From NCBI GenBank assembly GCA_030141605.1, contig JAQGDQ010000074.1, forward strand, positions 496,001 through 560,000: a stretch of 64,000 nucleotides of DNA, read 5' to 3'. The stretch is from Tubiluchus corallicola. Its lineage: Eukaryota; Animalia; Priapulida. Below, one piece after another: positions 14,745 to 29,441 of this stretch (its first letter is position 1; each line of letters opens with the position of its first letter). Made by a program: the position numbers and the translations under genes. The notes under the pieces are model-generated. The model had not been told where the DNA came from, made no database searches, and saw nothing but the letters and a program-made list of their open reading frames with translations.

Positions 14745-16313
14745 GGACACGATATAATAACATCTGATATTCTAAAATGCTACTTTATTCCTAAGAGTAA
14801 TCACTTTTTGGGAGGTTCTAGAATGTTATGAAATTTCAGAAAAACCGCCAAGATGTTATGGCACACCCCGCACTAAAATATTCAAGGAACTGCATTATAG
14901 GCATTTAAGGGTGGGGTAGCGGATCTTCTTCAATATTAAAGCTGAGAGCTGTCAAATTGCCCGTGATTGGTGGAAATTGTACTATTACTAATACTTGTAC
15001 TATTACATTCCCACCAATTGTAGCAACAGTACTATTGGGTTGGGTTGGTAACTAGCTATACGATTGAGTTGATGAAAAAGAAAGAAGAGGTCTTAGATTT
15101 CGTAGGCTTGGATCAGCACAGCTTCCCAGCTTGTTTGTCTTTTGTTACGATAAAGAGCTCAATGGGAACTTTCGCTCATTTTGCTGATTTGGGCGTAATC
15201 TAAAGTAAAATATTTTCAGTTCGTTTTTGGTCGTTTGTCTTCTAAAACCGTAATTAGATCGTTCGATGGCTTAAAGTGGACATGGATCAATTCACACCAC
15301 ACAAAAGTCAAACTCTTAGCTTTGGTTCACTCCTTCATGCGCTCTTCCTATTACCTGATAAAATCATTTTTGGGACACCTGAATGCAACATTTGAACAAA
15401 TGTGATGCAGTATATTAACTTCAGTCTTTTAGCGCCACTGATAGTACTTTCTTGGAAGTACTTTCTTGATTCTGTTTCACAAATGAATTTTGTGAGGTAA
15501 ACACGGTTAAAATACAAGATTCCCGTGCGAAAAAAACAAAATATTTAAGGACTTTCTAGCACGTGATTTTTCATTATAAATTTAAGTTCAACATTCTAGA
15601 AAATCCCGGGCTCCAGCCCGCGTCAACAAATATGAGACGTAGTTTCAAGAAAAATTTCAGCATGACAGTAATTTGGCATGACATGAAAACATTCTGGCAT
15701 GTGATTTATCATGTAATGCTCACTGTTTGATACAAAGCATTGTGTTCATTACGCAACATATCTACACTCTTTAATGCTACGTATAATGCATAATAACAAA
15801 ATTTAGTTAATAATTAAGTTTCTTATACGCATTATAACTCTTCAAGTGATACCAACAGCTAAATGAAACTCATAGTGAATTGTTCTCGTATCTATTTACA
15901 GCCATCATTATTTCGGTTTTGAAAATCCTTACCAATGAGTCCACAACCCTCATGAAAGATAGCTTACTTCAAGTTAGTGGGACGGATTCTATCCTGTATT
16001 GATCTATACCACCACGGTGGCCTTACTTAGTAATCGGTATCCTATATTACTATATACAGGTACTATATTAGCACTGGAAAAGCTTTAGTGATAGAATCCG
16101 GTATTAATATAACGATGATTGCCAGAAAAGTCATGTTACCAGGATGACAGCAATATTTGATAAATGTGCAGCTAACTATTAGACCTCAAAAAGCCTCTAT
16201 TGTCCTGAAGCCATAATTGTATATTTTACACATTTTACACACGAATATACTCTCATGGTTTTTATTAAAAAATTTAATTGTTTTGACTTCTGATACGTAT
16301 ATGTATGACAAAC

Positions 16314-16469
16314 CTTTTTTCGAGGCAGCGAAGCTATCGTGCTGTGGCACTGTGGCTATCACCGGTTCAAGGCGAGTCCCACTTCCTAAAAGATTTCGCC
16401 TATTGACCTCCCTAGTAGCGTATAAGAATGCTTTCTTTTGCAAGCTGTCCACGTCATCAAACAAACCAG
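16314..16469 (-). CDS. Kainate-type iGluR coding exon 2 (amino-terminal LIVBP-like domain)
   Basis: Polypyrimidine tract and CAG acceptor; encodes (A)GLFDDVDSLQKKAFLYATREVNRRNLLGSGTRLEPVIATVPQHDSFAASKK, then a G|GT donor. 156 nt, phase 1/1. GLF...AF...N and DSFxASKK match iGluR ATD motifs. Confidence 0.92.
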
Positions 16470-17585
16470 CTGGAAAAAAAGAAAAAAATTTAATATTCAG
16501 TCGTTGGTCACTTAATGAGCCGTGTGTGCTCCAACAGCCATGATGTTCGCCTCCTATTGTCATTGAACAGAAGTCATTTCCAGAAAACAATATTTCCATG
16601 TTCAATGTTCAGACTGCAGTCTTGAGAGTACAATAATAATAGTGTTCGACGCATTGTCCATGAACTGATTTACTTTCGCTTAAGCCGAGGATTTTATTAT
16701 TCCCGATAGGGATTAAACCGGCAATCACAAAGCCAACTCAAGTATAAATTGTTCAATTTTTACGACATTGGCTCTCAGCAGTTTATTCGTCCACTCATTG
16801 ATTTACAATCGTTTTGTCGAGACCTACAGTCGGCCAGTCACAATACACACAGCTGGGGCTAATTACAGAAAGATCTGAGGTTTTAATCCTTGTTAAAGGA
16901 AGCCAGTCGGTGGGTCTTGAAGCAGGTCAGTTGATTTTGATATATTGCCGCTGATGCCTTGCGCATCCGTCACAGTTTAACGCTATAATCCAGCTGATAT
17001 GTCTAGTCGCAGGGTCTCAACTAGTGCCGCAAACGTGTTACTAACAAAAACCTCCAATAGAATTTCACTAAAAGTCAATAAATCATTAAATTTAATAACA
17101 ACAATGGCGTTGAATAAACGGAGTTGATTACACAACATCATTTTATGTACAGTTTTACTTTTAAAAAATGGTTGAGGAACCTTTTGTCATATAGTACTAC
17201 TGTAATACCAATGGTTTTTAACAGGCGACTCATTATTAATATTCTATAATGTCCTATTTTTAGTTCCTAGAATTTTAGTAGTGCATGTGTTGGTGTATAT
17301 TAGTTATTACTGTAACTGTATATTACTTAGAGCATTTTTATGTGCTAAAATAAATGAAAAATTATATGCTTCAAATAAATAAATAAATGAGAGAAACTGG
17401 AATTCAACATTTGTTTCGGAGAACCAGAAGCGGAACTAGTTCCTAATAGTAGCTATCAGCGTGCCCAGAAAGCGAGGGGGTATTTACCTGATATGTTAAA
17501 TTAGGCCTAGCATAAAGTTATGCGTAGAATAAGATTAAGATTGCTGTCTTTTACCTTGTACAAGATGTATCCATTCCAACACTTT

Positions 17586-18345
17586 TTACACACTGCCTTG
17601 CGCACATTTTTGCTTTATGGTTTGGGGAAAACATTTGAAACACACACCTTTATCAATTACTCGCTCTCGGCGCTCTTGAAGAGTCATACCAGAAGCTTTG
17701 ACACACTTTTCACTACGGCGATTTTGTTTGCCACAAAATACACATGCGTGATTCTGATATACAGACATGGTGTTTAATGCAGTTGCTGATGGCTTGGGCT
17801 TATTACGATATTTAGTATAAGCAGAAGGCAATGTTGTACTATTTGTGGAAGTAACCACTTTCGTCGCTTGTCAACGCCCTCGTAGCTCTGTCTCTCTCCG
17901 CAAAAATCCTAGTAAGCCTTCTAAATCACATTCACGGCCTTCATTGCCCCTTGCCCATTCCAATCTAAGATCTTCGGGTAACCTTGAAAGTATAACAGAG
18001 GTAAGTATAACGCCATAGCTGTCGCTAGTAATATTCATGGATTCAAGTCCTCTAATGTGTTTTAGTAACTTTTCTTGTAAAGTGCGTAAGCTTTGTAAGC
18101 TTTGGGTGTCTGGCTTTTCCGGAGAGATGTTAAGGAGCTCTTGTACGAGGCCATTCACTATCAACGCACGCCTACCATAACGATTCTCCGTTAGTTCGAG
18201 AGCTTCCGCATAATTACCACTAGTATGTGTTAACATTGCGCAGGGCTTCGCCTTCTAACAAAGACTTTAATTACGAAAATTTGTTAACTACTGGCAAACT
18301 ATCATTATTTCCAATATTAGCAGTAAAGTTGTCATTAAATGCTTG
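17586..18345 (-). mobile_element. Degenerate BEL/Pao LTR retrotransposon gag fragment
   Basis: Broken frames give FTANIGNNDSLPVVNKFS*LKSLLEGEA, then NYAEALELTENRYG...HIRGLESM...ILSRLPEDLRLEW (DUF1759-like), then CVFCGKQN...CFKCF zinc knuckles. Stops and a frameshift are present. Confidence 0.85.
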
Positions 18346-18785
18346 CCCACACGGTTACTCTGCCAGTTCTGATACAGTAATAGCTTACACTTCCTGTGAA
18401 ATGGTATGAAACATTACCATAACAATGGAATCAGTGACCTGCACATTTTAAAAATATCTAAAAAAATCTACTTTTTAACCATTTTTACATGTTGCTGCAA
18501 GCAATTACCCCACGTATCACACAATATTTGTTTAGACTGAGAGAAATGTTGACTTGGATGCCAAAGCAAATGCATGCTACTTAAAATTTAATATTTCCCA
18601 ATATTGAACATAGATATTGAATATGAACTGGAAATTCTTAAACAAATTTCAACCATGTCCACATACATTTATACATTTCTTGATAAAATCTTTCTCAATA
18701 TATGTGGAAGAAAATAAAAAATAACAATTTCTATAAGAAGATCCGTTTTCTTTGTCAGCCAGTTCGTATGTCTGTCAATCAATCT

Positions 18786-18901
18786 GACTTGGCACTCTTG
18801 GCGGTTTGGCATTTTTTGTGGCTTGGCGTTCTTGGCGGCTTGGCATTCTTGGCGGCGTGGTGTTCTTGGCAGGCTGACATTCTTGGCTTGGCGTTCTTGG
18901 T
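18786..18901. repeat. Degenerate minisatellite of TTCTTGGC(G)/CTTGGC units
   Basis: About a dozen TTGGC cores in 115 bp. Confidence 0.75.
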
Positions 18902-19384
18902 TTAGAGGCTTGATCAGGGACAGCGATGCAGTGATGAGAGTGCGTGTGATGTAAGTCTCATATAAGAATTGTAAGTCGTTTGTGTGTGTTCCACATGGCA
19001 TGTTAGCACATTAGAGAAGTTTTCTAACATTTCGTGATGTTCTTACACGGAACACCTACCATTTGGGCAGACGGACAGGTTCGTGTGCAGGATTTCCCAA
19101 TAATGTTGGTCAATTAATCTGCGAGTGAAGGTTTCTATCAGATTCAGAAGAACCGTTTTCATAAGACCTGACTTCATCAGTGACATTCGGTCGTTCTTAC
19201 TCTAGCTGCATATACTAAGTCGTTGTATTCTGTAAGATACTGTCTAGCTCTTATTAAAACTTTGGCTGCCCTTTCGTATATGTTTCACTTTAACCAGGTC
19301 TTCGTGGGCCGACATGTTTTAAAAATTAGCAAACTCGTACAGTACTTCTTCCGATTAGACCTAATCCGAGCGTTCTAATAAAGG

Positions 19385-20702
19385 CAGGGCACTTTATTTA
19401 TGACTTTTCTTGCAAAATAGTCATAAATAGTCATAAATAAGATTTCAAATTTGTCATAAATAACGAAAGAAAAATAATCATTTCCCGATGAATGGAACAA
19501 AAAATTCAGTACAGAAAACTGTTTCCACCGTCTCTCTCTCTCTCTCTCTCTCCCACACACACAGGCAGTCCATAAGAAGCTTGCGCGTGACTGTTTGGTG
19601 GACTAACACAGTAACTGAGACTGTCTAACTGATGCGTTTATCTGTCATTAACTCGTCTAGAAGCAACCTAAATAATAAAAAGTAAATGAGCGCGTTACCG
19701 CGAAAAAATAAATAGGCACCGACAGAATCGTTGTCGTTCCATCGAAAATTTGAATTAAAGACAGCTTACCTATTTTAATGTCCTAAAGTTCTGCCGCCTC
19801 AAACCTACGCTCTGCACAATAACAGAAATCTACACTTCTAATTCTTTTCTTTGCACGTTCATTTCAGTGCCTTTCTCATCCTAGCGGCGTTAGGGGTGAG
19901 CATTCTCTACCAGAAAGCGAATTCGAATCGAACCGAATTTGTGACTTTCGAATTCGAATCGAACCGAACTTCGATGCTTACCCCTAAGCGGCGTAAGTCA
20001 ATGGCTTGGGTGTAGGTTTTAGCTCGAGTTTGCCGCAAGCGTTTCCCGTGCCTTACTGCCTCATCCTCAAGAAATAAGAATAATGCCGTCTGCTAGAATT
20101 TGAGCATATTTTATCTTTGGGAGAATTTGTTGCTTCATTGTCATTAAAATTTAACTGTTTTTCTTGTTTAGTTATTTTGCTTAATGTAATTTTAATTAGA
20201 AAACATACGTGACGGTTCCCTAGAAAGATGTAATAGCCAATAGTATTTTCCAACATTAAATTTAAAATCGATATTTAAAAAAATACATTATTTACTTGTA
20301 CTAATTGTGGCTACGAATTGTGACTGTACGAATTAATTAATAGATTGATTTTTATGAGCAGTAATTTTATAGGTCATCCTAAACAAATTAAAACCGATAC
20401 TATAATTATTATAAACACGATCACGGATTTCAGTCTGGAGGGATGCCTGCATGCAAAACAATACGAGAAACTTCAGGCCTTGGAATGATGAAAGTAGACA
20501 TTTTTATTACATTTTAATGTAATGAAGAACGAAGAAAGGCAAAATACAAGATTCTGATTAAAAATATGTATTTCTTTTAGCTCAAGATGGCATTTTTGGT
20601 CAAAATTTGACACGTCATAAATAGTCATAAATAAAATCTGAAATTAGTATTAAATAAGCTATTTATGCAATTTATGACTAAAGTCATAAATAAAGTGCCC
20701 TG
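19385..20702. mobile_element. Non-autonomous hAT-like DNA transposon (MITE), 1318 bp
   Basis: 23-bp perfect TIR CAGGGCACTTTATTTATGACTTT; perfect 8-bp TSD AATAAAGG at 19377-19384 and 20703-20710; subterminal GTCATAAATA repeats at both ends. Confidence 0.93.
19891..19986. mobile_element. 96-bp miniature hAT-like element nested inside the 1318-bp MITE
   Basis: TIRs TAGGGGTGAGCAT / ATGCTTACCCCTA (12 of 13 match); perfect 8-bp TSD AGCGGCGT at 19883-19890 and 19987-19994; internal GAATTCGAATCGAACCGAA twice. Confidence 0.9.
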
Positions 20703-23700
20703 AATAAAGGTAAAGATGTCCAGCGCGCATTTCCTGCTCCGTTGTCCCTAAGCGTCTTACCTTATTATTGACAAAAAATACCTATCATTGACAAAAAATA
20801 CCTATCAAGCTCAGAAGTTTGCGTCACATCTACCTGTACTGCTATCTAACTGTGTTGCTACTGCTGTCTCGCATCTAAGCATAATATGAATTAGAATTAT
20901 TATATTTTAGCTAGTAATATAGCTACGTGGCTACTAATTATTTTGAAAATTATTATAATCATGAATAATTGCACGCAGTAATTACTGATTATTTAGACGA
21001 TGAAATTTCCATGAAAATAAATTTGCGTCGTTAAATTCGACGCGGAAAAGTTATTAAAATGAAAATGTTGATTATTTGGTGTTTTGAATCTTCTCGTTTA
21101 GCTTGAATCACGTTGCACAACATAGTCCGCCTATATGCAGTGTTTACAGCGTGAACAAATGCGTATTTTGATATTTATCATTGTTTTGGTGAAATTGTGG
21201 CTACTAAGGTATTGTGTTGTAACGTATCATTTTATTAAAAATAAAGTCTGAGAGCCAGTCGGTAAAATGGTAAAACATTCTAGTTCAAGATGTTCCATTC
21301 CAAAGTACCAACTTTTATTGAAGAAGATAATTTTAATTTACCTATTTGATTAACGTATTTTTACTGATATAGGCCTAAATTGCGTTGAGTATTATACACA
21401 TAGACAAATCGTGTTCTTCATCACACGTCTCCCAACGTTAAAGAGTGCTAAATCTAGGCATGTACTCAGTTCCTGTGGGCACAAAATTTCGTGAGTGGGT
21501 GTGAGTGAATAAGAAAAAACTGCACTTTCGGCTGTTGACTTAAAATGTATAGCATGTATCAAATGCTCGCTGTCATCCCCTTTGTAACAACAATTAAAGA
21601 AGCATGAAGCTCAATCATTCTTTTGTTGATAAAAAGAAAGAAATACTAACACTGTTTGTTACTCATACATAAGCATATGAGCATTCGTGCGAGATTTCGT
21701 TAGTTGATATACATTGATTGATCTGTGAATCTGTGAAATAATATCAGAATCACCCTCATTCACCCGCAGCCAATTATTAATTCCGTAATTAATTTGTCAG
21801 CCTCTATGGGGCACAAGTTCACTATCTGCTTTGTTTTATAATAGATTAATAGTGGAAAAGTGCCCAATTATTAAAAGCCACCATGTTCCAATAACAAATT
21901 TTATAGCTTCATTTCCGTGTAGGCGGATCCGAAGAGCATTAAACGCTGACATAAAATACATAACAACTAATCCACTATGCAGTATTGTAGATTGTATTTG
22001 TGCAATAATTCATTGATTCGTGACCCAAACATGACATCAAATTTAATTTAATTTCATGTTATTCAAATCCCTGACATTGAAACCCAAAACAAGGACGATT
22101 TCTTACCATGGACGTGAAATGTTTGCGCATTGTTGATCTTTGAAGGACATCTATACAAGCTATTATGTTGCACGCTATTGCAAGTACTGTTATAATAGTG
22201 TTGAATAAGCATGTTCGAATTCACACAGGTTCCTGGCGTAATGTCAGCACCAGTCATCCCGCTAGTATTCAATAACATCAAAAGTTGCTAGAGTGCGTCA
22301 CTCGGAATTCAACGTCATTAATTTTTCTTGAATTCGTTTTTCCTAACTTATTATCTATACGACCTTCATGCGATCAAAATCGCTTTAAACTTCTAATAGT
22401 CTAACTTCAAATTGATCCTCAACAGCTCACTCAGATACAGTATGTTATGCAGTTGTGTTTACCGGAAGATTACATTCGCCGACCTCTTTTTCGCTCTAAT
22501 ATTGATAAATTGTTGCTATACTAATTGAAACTGCTGATCTTTCGTTCAGGTTCCAACACAGATTCCGAGCCTCTTTACAGCAAACAATCTTCCGTTATGA
22601 TGACCAATCACGCAATTAAATCACAACCAAAGCAGTTATTAATTTGTTAAGCTAGAACAAAGTATAATCCTGCATTTTCATTGGGCATTTCTATTCAGAT
22701 TCACAACGTATTCATTATGACTTTTATAATTTATATACAAATTATGCAGCAAACAACAAGACTCCTGCCACCGACAGAATACTAATTATAATACATTTAT
22801 GTAATTTCCACTTTTACTGAATCTCGAGGGTGAATCGCGATTGTGCAACTAAAGCAATAACCAATGTCATCAATCTGACACAACCCTGGGGATCAAGCCT
22901 GCTTGACAAATGGCTCATATTACATTGCTAATCAAAGAGTCGTCTGTAATGATAAGTAATGACTGTACACATATGTCATCAGTTTTTGATGAAGACTTAC
23001 AAAGCCACTTAAGTCAGTCAGAGTTTTAACACTGGTATAAAAGTTCTTTTTAACAAAAGACACATGCGACACAAAATTATTATTAAGATCGTTTTTTGAC
23101 ATCATTTATTTCGAACGTACACAAACGGCATCTAAACAGTACTTATATGACACAATTTTCACAACTCTTTCTCCTCAAGTAACAAATTAAACGACACGGC
23201 TTTGGCGAATTACATTTTCTCATGTGTGTTGCAAGCTCTTGCCTAGCCATTTTAAATAATAAATTTTTATATGAATTATAAAAGAACTGGTAAGATTGGT
23301 ATTTACTTAGTCGATATTTACATTTATTATTGGTGTCTTAGTAGAACAAATTTATCTAGCAACATCTCGGCCTGCCTGTGTGAATGCTATTCCTACAATA
23401 CTAGTTTGGACAGACTCCTTGACAGACATAGGTAGGCCTGCTTAAATTTGCTTCTAATGTCTCAGCAAGCTCCAGTCTTTTGTCGTCCTTTGCTGCCAAC
23501 TCTCAATTCTTGTAATTTCTCCTATTTCAGAAATTTTAGGACAAAATTGCGTGTTTCCTGGAACGACATTAGTGCAATGCAGTAATAAACGTTTCTGCTT
23601 GCAATGTAATGACATTATAACGACAAGACAGATGATACTTCGCGTTGCTCATGTATAAATGCCCATCACAATTATACACGTAGGTATATTTGACCGTGAG

Positions 23701-24481
23701 TTTGACGTGAGCAAAGGCATCTTTATTATTGTCAGCTTTGAATAACTTTCTGATTTCTCGTATAGAAAGCTTTCAGCTGTAATGTTTTTACATTACATAT
23801 TTAAATATCTTTCTGAAACATTTTATTCAATTTTTACACACTCTACACCCGAGATCCAGGACACAATGTATGTGCACTTTACATTGTTATCAGGGTAGAC
23901 CGGCATTTGCATACTGTAAATGATAAGCTTCTGACTTGACTGGCGAGATACAGACCAATAGTGGAAGCCAGGTTCGACTGCATGTGTGTCCACCCTCAAA
24001 GAGAAAACGAGAGATACCAGCGCAGAATCCGGCGGATACCCATCAATTCACAAATCAGTTTCCCCGTTGTTTAAGTTGTTATCTATTCCCTGTATCTTAC
24101 AAACGCTTTTAACTTTTCTGCAGATTGTACAAAAAGATGCTTAAGACATCAAAAACGAATTGTGTAGGGATGCTGGTGTTGCTGCTGTTATCGGTGGTTG
24201 TAACGCAATGGCGGTGATAACTACAATTAGAGTATTGATGATGGAGTTAATGCGGGTAATAATGACATAACGCCAACGAGACGAAATATCAAGAAGTCGT
24301 ATACATATCAATATACAACAATACATGGTGATTATCGCAATGTCATTTGCCAGTCAAACTTTGTCAGGAATGCTCAAATAGTCTATGTAGTCTTTCTTTG
24401 TAACTATAAAACTCCGACATGTATAATTCCCTGCAACAAAACACATCATATTTGATAAACAATTCTGTATAATTCTGTACA

Positions 24482-24547
24482 TGTGTGTGTGTGTGTGTGT
24501 GTGCGTGCGTGCGTGCGTGTGAGTGCGTGCGTGCGTGCGTGCGTGTG

Positions 24548-24579
<32 letters not shown>

Positions 24580-24602
24580 TGCGTGCGAGTGTGTGTGTGT
24601 GA

Positions 24603-24633
<31 letters not shown>

Positions 24634-24636
24634 TGC

Positions 24637-24694
<58 letters not shown>
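24482..24694. repeat. Compound microsatellite (TG)n/(TGCG)n then (GA)n
   Basis: Read directly from the sequence. Confidence 0.98.
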
Positions 24695-24698
<4 letters not shown>

Positions 24699-25899
24699 AG
24701 ACATAACACGCATTACATGCCAGACAAGGACTTGAAACAATCTGGATTCACCTATTAGCAAACAAATGAAGAGCTCATTATTTCCGTAAAACAAATTTGT
24801 ATTCCCAACTAGTCTGGCTATCATTGCATCGTGGATTTACTAGAGCATCATAAATATGGTCAGTGAAGTAGCCTAGTAATACAAAATTTGTTTTTTGGCA
24901 AATGTTGACACAAAAACCTCTGGCTGTTACGCTTTCAGGAGAAAACACGGGTTTTCTGTGTTGGCAAATGCTTTACAGATGTATTCACACACTCCGCAGC
25001 TTCTGAGTACTGGTATGTGGTAACGCCTAATTAAAACCACAGCAACCTCTGGTAAATCTCTTTTCGCACATATGCCTCATTTTTTATGCACGTGTCTTCC
25101 GAACTTATAAGTCCTTGGAGGTCAATTTTAACTTGAACGTTAAAGTTAGCCAACGCCGAGCTGGAAAGTCGCTGTGCATGTTCGTTGTTCAATTCGCTGA
25201 AGCAATTCACACGGTGGGCACACTTGGCACATACTAAAACTTCATATTAAAGCTCAGTCACAGCTTGGGATTCTCCTAATACTCTCTGTAGCATGCAAAA
25301 TTACAAAACCAATACAAATTTATTTTGATTGAGAATCGTAATCTACATTATGTTTCCAGAAAAAGCAGTGCAGCACAAATTTTCTTATATGTTTTACTGA
25401 AATTTACAAAAACTAAGTATAAGGTAGGAAAAAAACGTGTGTAATACTCCCAATTACAGTTTAACTATGCGCATGATTACAGTGACGTTTCGGCCGTAAA
25501 AAAACCACGTTATCACTTCACTGTCGTTGTGAAACAAATGCATCTGTTTACGCAAGAAAATAGATCGGAAGGAAAACCACCATTATGATGTCACAATGCA
25601 GTAGTTAGTGGTAAGATTTCATTGTGGTTTGATCAACATATTTCAGCTTACTGTATCAGCATTGCTACTGCATTGTATCTTCTGGACCACCCTGTACACT
25701 GACATTCGAAGCGCCATGTGCAATTTTCATTAAAAAATAATAACCAAACTTTATGTATGTAGTTTATTGACAAAAAATATTTTAATTTAAACAAATGGGG
25801 TAAACACCTCGTCATTCAGCCTTTTTAATTATAACAGTAAAGTGACTGTAGCATTAATCTTGGTCATATTTAGTTAATATTCTGGCACAACTTTTAAGC

Positions 25900-27560
25900 G
25901 ATTCACTAGTTTTAAAAAATGAATTTACATATAAAAGTTAATGTGAGTATAACTGTCTCCGACGTGCTGAGTTATTAGCCAGCTTTACAATACATGTAGT
26001 TCAGTCTGAATATCTTGGCCACATGTACACAGTCTAGAATGACGCTATTCACCGCTCTATCGTCCTGTTTCTATACAAAGACGATGTCATCACAAACGAA
26101 ATCAGGTAAATGAAATTCACTGTTCCTCCACAGTATCTGCCGGTATCACAGATATTTCGAGTTGAGGATTTAGCTATATATACGTACGTCTCTTCGATGA
26201 GTAACACTCATAATGGTTCGCTTTAAATTTTGCGTGTTGGTCTGCAGGTACTCGTTTGGGTTAATTTAGTTCGAAATACCAACCAAACATCACAGAAACT
26301 TTTATCCAGCATCCATCGCGTGCAATATCAATTGTTTGGAAGAGTGGCTCGAGGATTTCTAAATTGTTCTTGAGCATTTTCCATACTCTGATTGTTTTTA
26401 GCCATACATCTAACTTTGGGTATCCAGCTTCAATCAATGATGTATCATTACACGTAGTTTTTCTTACTTGATGAGCTCCATATACGTACTCGTAGGGAGG
26501 TACGACCTCAAGTCAGTATTCCAGCTGCAAGAGCTATAATATATTCCCGAAAGAAGAGCCGAGTCGAGAACCTTCTTTTTGACCCAGTAAGGATAATTAG
26601 AATTTTTCTACAAAAAGGTGCAAAATTTTAACTCGTGTGCTTCTTTTTCTTCCATGTGTTTAATGAATACAGGTTTAACTTTCCCGTCTTCTGTTATTAT
26701 TGCACCCAAATATACATTAGTAAAATTGTGTTTACGGACCATCCATTACTATATAGCAGTTCTCTATATTCTCCGTCCCAGTTTATCACCATAAACTTAG
26801 TTTTCTTATCATTGATGCGCATACCATAAATGTTACAAAAGTCCGCTGTTTTTTCAAGATTGATTTCTGCGCTTCTCCTAGTGGTGGACAATATCACAGT
26901 GTCGTCATCATTAAAAGGCACTGATTATTTCTTAACAAATCATTATTACTAGTTTCACACAATGATCTAATGAGTGGATCAACATATATACAAAACAAAA
27001 CGCAAGAAATGGGTGAGCCTTGCTTATATTATACATAATTTCATACTCACCAATCAAACTTTTTGTTACCGAGTAGAGAGAGGCTACAGCTTTTAACATC
27101 CGTTTGCCACAACGTAAATAGTTTAGGCGCTCTATTAAATTCCGCCTATCAATGGTATCAGATCCCTTCTCAAAATCAATAAAAGTAATAAACAATTTCG
27201 GTTTCTTAGAGACAGCACTATCTATCAGTAGACGAAGTTCAAGTATTTGCTCATCTGCCGTGTAGATGGCTTCTGATGTGTGATGTTCCCCCTTCTTAAA
27301 TATCGCCAATGCCCATGTCAGGGGGAATGCATTTTCAGCAAACACTTTATTTAGCAAAAAGACAATTAAACTCAACCACTCCTGTGACAAAAATGTGAGC
27401 CAAATAGGTAGGACACCATCAGGACCCACGGCCTTTCCAGCTTTTTGTTTTTTAATCTGTTTCACTGTTTCTTCAGTAGTAATGGGGTCATCTAATATTG
27501 GGATATACAATTCATGGTCATTGCCTATATCAGCAAGATCATTCACACTATTCCCGTGTT
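25900..27560 (-). mobile_element. 5'-truncated, decayed non-LTR retrotransposon (LINE) RT and C-terminal region, possibly RTE-X-like
   Basis: Motifs in order: LDDPIT..E...K.GKAVGPDG, FIDFEKGSDTIDR, FNDDDTVIL (YADD position), GMRINDKKTKFMVIN, KVLDSALLSGILYSSCSW, NDTSLIEAGYP, IETGR*...RLCTCG..IQTELHVL. Many stops and frameshifts; boundaries approximate. Confidence 0.88.
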
Positions 27561-28486
27561 TATTTAATAGTGCTTTAATAGATAATGTCTAAACTGATAA
27601 TCCGATAGTCTTTTCTTCTCAAAATGTTGTATGTTTAAATCTTGCATGTTTAAAATTAGGCGAACTATACTTCTTTAGTAAAGCATTGGATATCTTAACA
27701 AAGTCTCTTTTCAAGTATATAATTCTTTTCTACTTTAAACCACAGTAAGGAAAATTTATATTACTCGGTAATTTCCGTACTATCATTATTATTCGAGAGC
27801 ACTTGCTAGGTTAAGTGCTAATGCTCTTTGGCTCTTATTCAGCAGGCGTATTTAAGAGGTTAGTGATGCCAGCATCGAACACGGCTTCCTAATCAGTAAT
27901 CAGCTTTATCGTTGCGCTAAATTTCGTCAGCCATACATTAATTGCATGTTGATGTACAGCGTGTGCGCCAACATACATTGGAGCCTGAAAAAGTGCTATG
28001 GAATGATATCACCGCTTATAGGTAATAATCACAAGTAGATAGAAATAGATTTTTAAAGTATTTTAATCGTTACAATATTTCTTATTTAATGTGCTTTTAA
28101 AATTATCGTGAGAAATCAAAAGTTTACGAAGTTCTTTAAAAAAGGAGTCATGACATCATTCCGTAATCAACATTACTAATGAGTATATACTGGTTAAGAA
28201 ACCAACACGAATCCTATCTTGTCCAGTCCTCAAATCTGCGAATAACGTCATACTAAATACTAAAGTGTTCTTTATTCAAATTTAAATGCTCTTTCTCGTG
28301 GTTTTGTCGATTGTTATCTGTTGTTTTCGGCTTACTTTTCACATTTCAACCGCATGTGACCTAACAAGTCGTCGTCGTAGTCGTTTGCGTGCTTTGACTT
28401 TCTAAACATCCCATTCATTGATGTCTTATCTGCCAACAATCCATCATCACTCACATCTTGAGTTGTGCTTGCAAAATATTTTTGCA

Positions 28487-28517
<31 letters not shown>

Positions 28518-29368
28518 CAGTAGTTGACTCTCTCACGGTTTTTTGTCGTGTCAAGAACTTTATGTAATACTATAATAAGATAATACTATATGCATGCCCA
28601 ATCCAGTGCAGTCTTCTTGTTCTTATTTACTCTAAGGGTTCTTCTTCACCACATCATATAGATCATCAATGGATATTCCTATCACAGGCGATTTGATGCA
28701 CCACAAACGTTACAAGTGTAAGCCGAATCAAATTTTGAAGACGTTATTATAATCTTCAATTTAAAATCTCATGTGATGTTCCATGTAAGATAGACTAAAT
28801 AAATAAAGCATTTTTATTAAAACAATTGAAAGAATCATGTAAGCAATTAGTAGCATTTTTTGCATATTAAGCTCCGTAAAGGTGCGCATGCACATATTAA
28901 TACACGTCTCTGGGAAAAATGCAGTATTCCGTTAATCCAGTATGCAATTAGATCTCTTGTTTAATTACGGAAAATTTGTTTAACACTGAATCACGACAAC
29001 CAAACTGGCTTGCGTAAAGGGGAAGAAATAATTTCTCTATTTAATAATAGAACTATGCAGCAGAACGCACATGATATAACATAATCAGTTTAGCCTGTAA
29101 ATTTATGATTTGAAACCGCATTAAATCCATAACTGCCGGCATTTCCAGCAGGATAATTGAACGTTATGGCTTTTGTGCAGCCAGTCATTTTGACAGTTTC
29201 ACTTACTTATTGATGACTTAGTCCTTCTGATGAAACAACGCTCGTCATAGAACTTACGAAACATTAGTCTGCTCATTTTAATTGTTTATTCGTCTGTTTC
29301 TTATTTCTTTTTGTTTGTCTGTACAACGGCCCTCCTGTATTCATTAGAGGACCCACGATTCATAGCTA

Positions 29369-29373
29369 TCTGT

Positions 29374-29410
<37 letters not shown>

Positions 29411-29441
29411 TGCCTGCCTGCCTACCTGCCTGTCTGCCTGC
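29369..29441. repeat. (CCTG)n/(TCTG)n microsatellite
   Basis: Read directly from the sequence; followed by about 270 bp of T-rich degenerate tetramers. Confidence 0.95.

Noticed and set aside
14466-14831. YRIVS and DTIRY repeat ORFs; superficially array-like
   Set aside because: A pure (GATAC)n microsatellite with no spacers, so neither CRISPR nor coding.
19770-19782. 13-nt segment reading DIKI+G before a GTAAG donor, mimicking the end of iGluR exon 1
   Set aside because: It has an in-frame TAG immediately upstream, no ATG, lies inside a MITE, and would shift the frame as a cassette exon.
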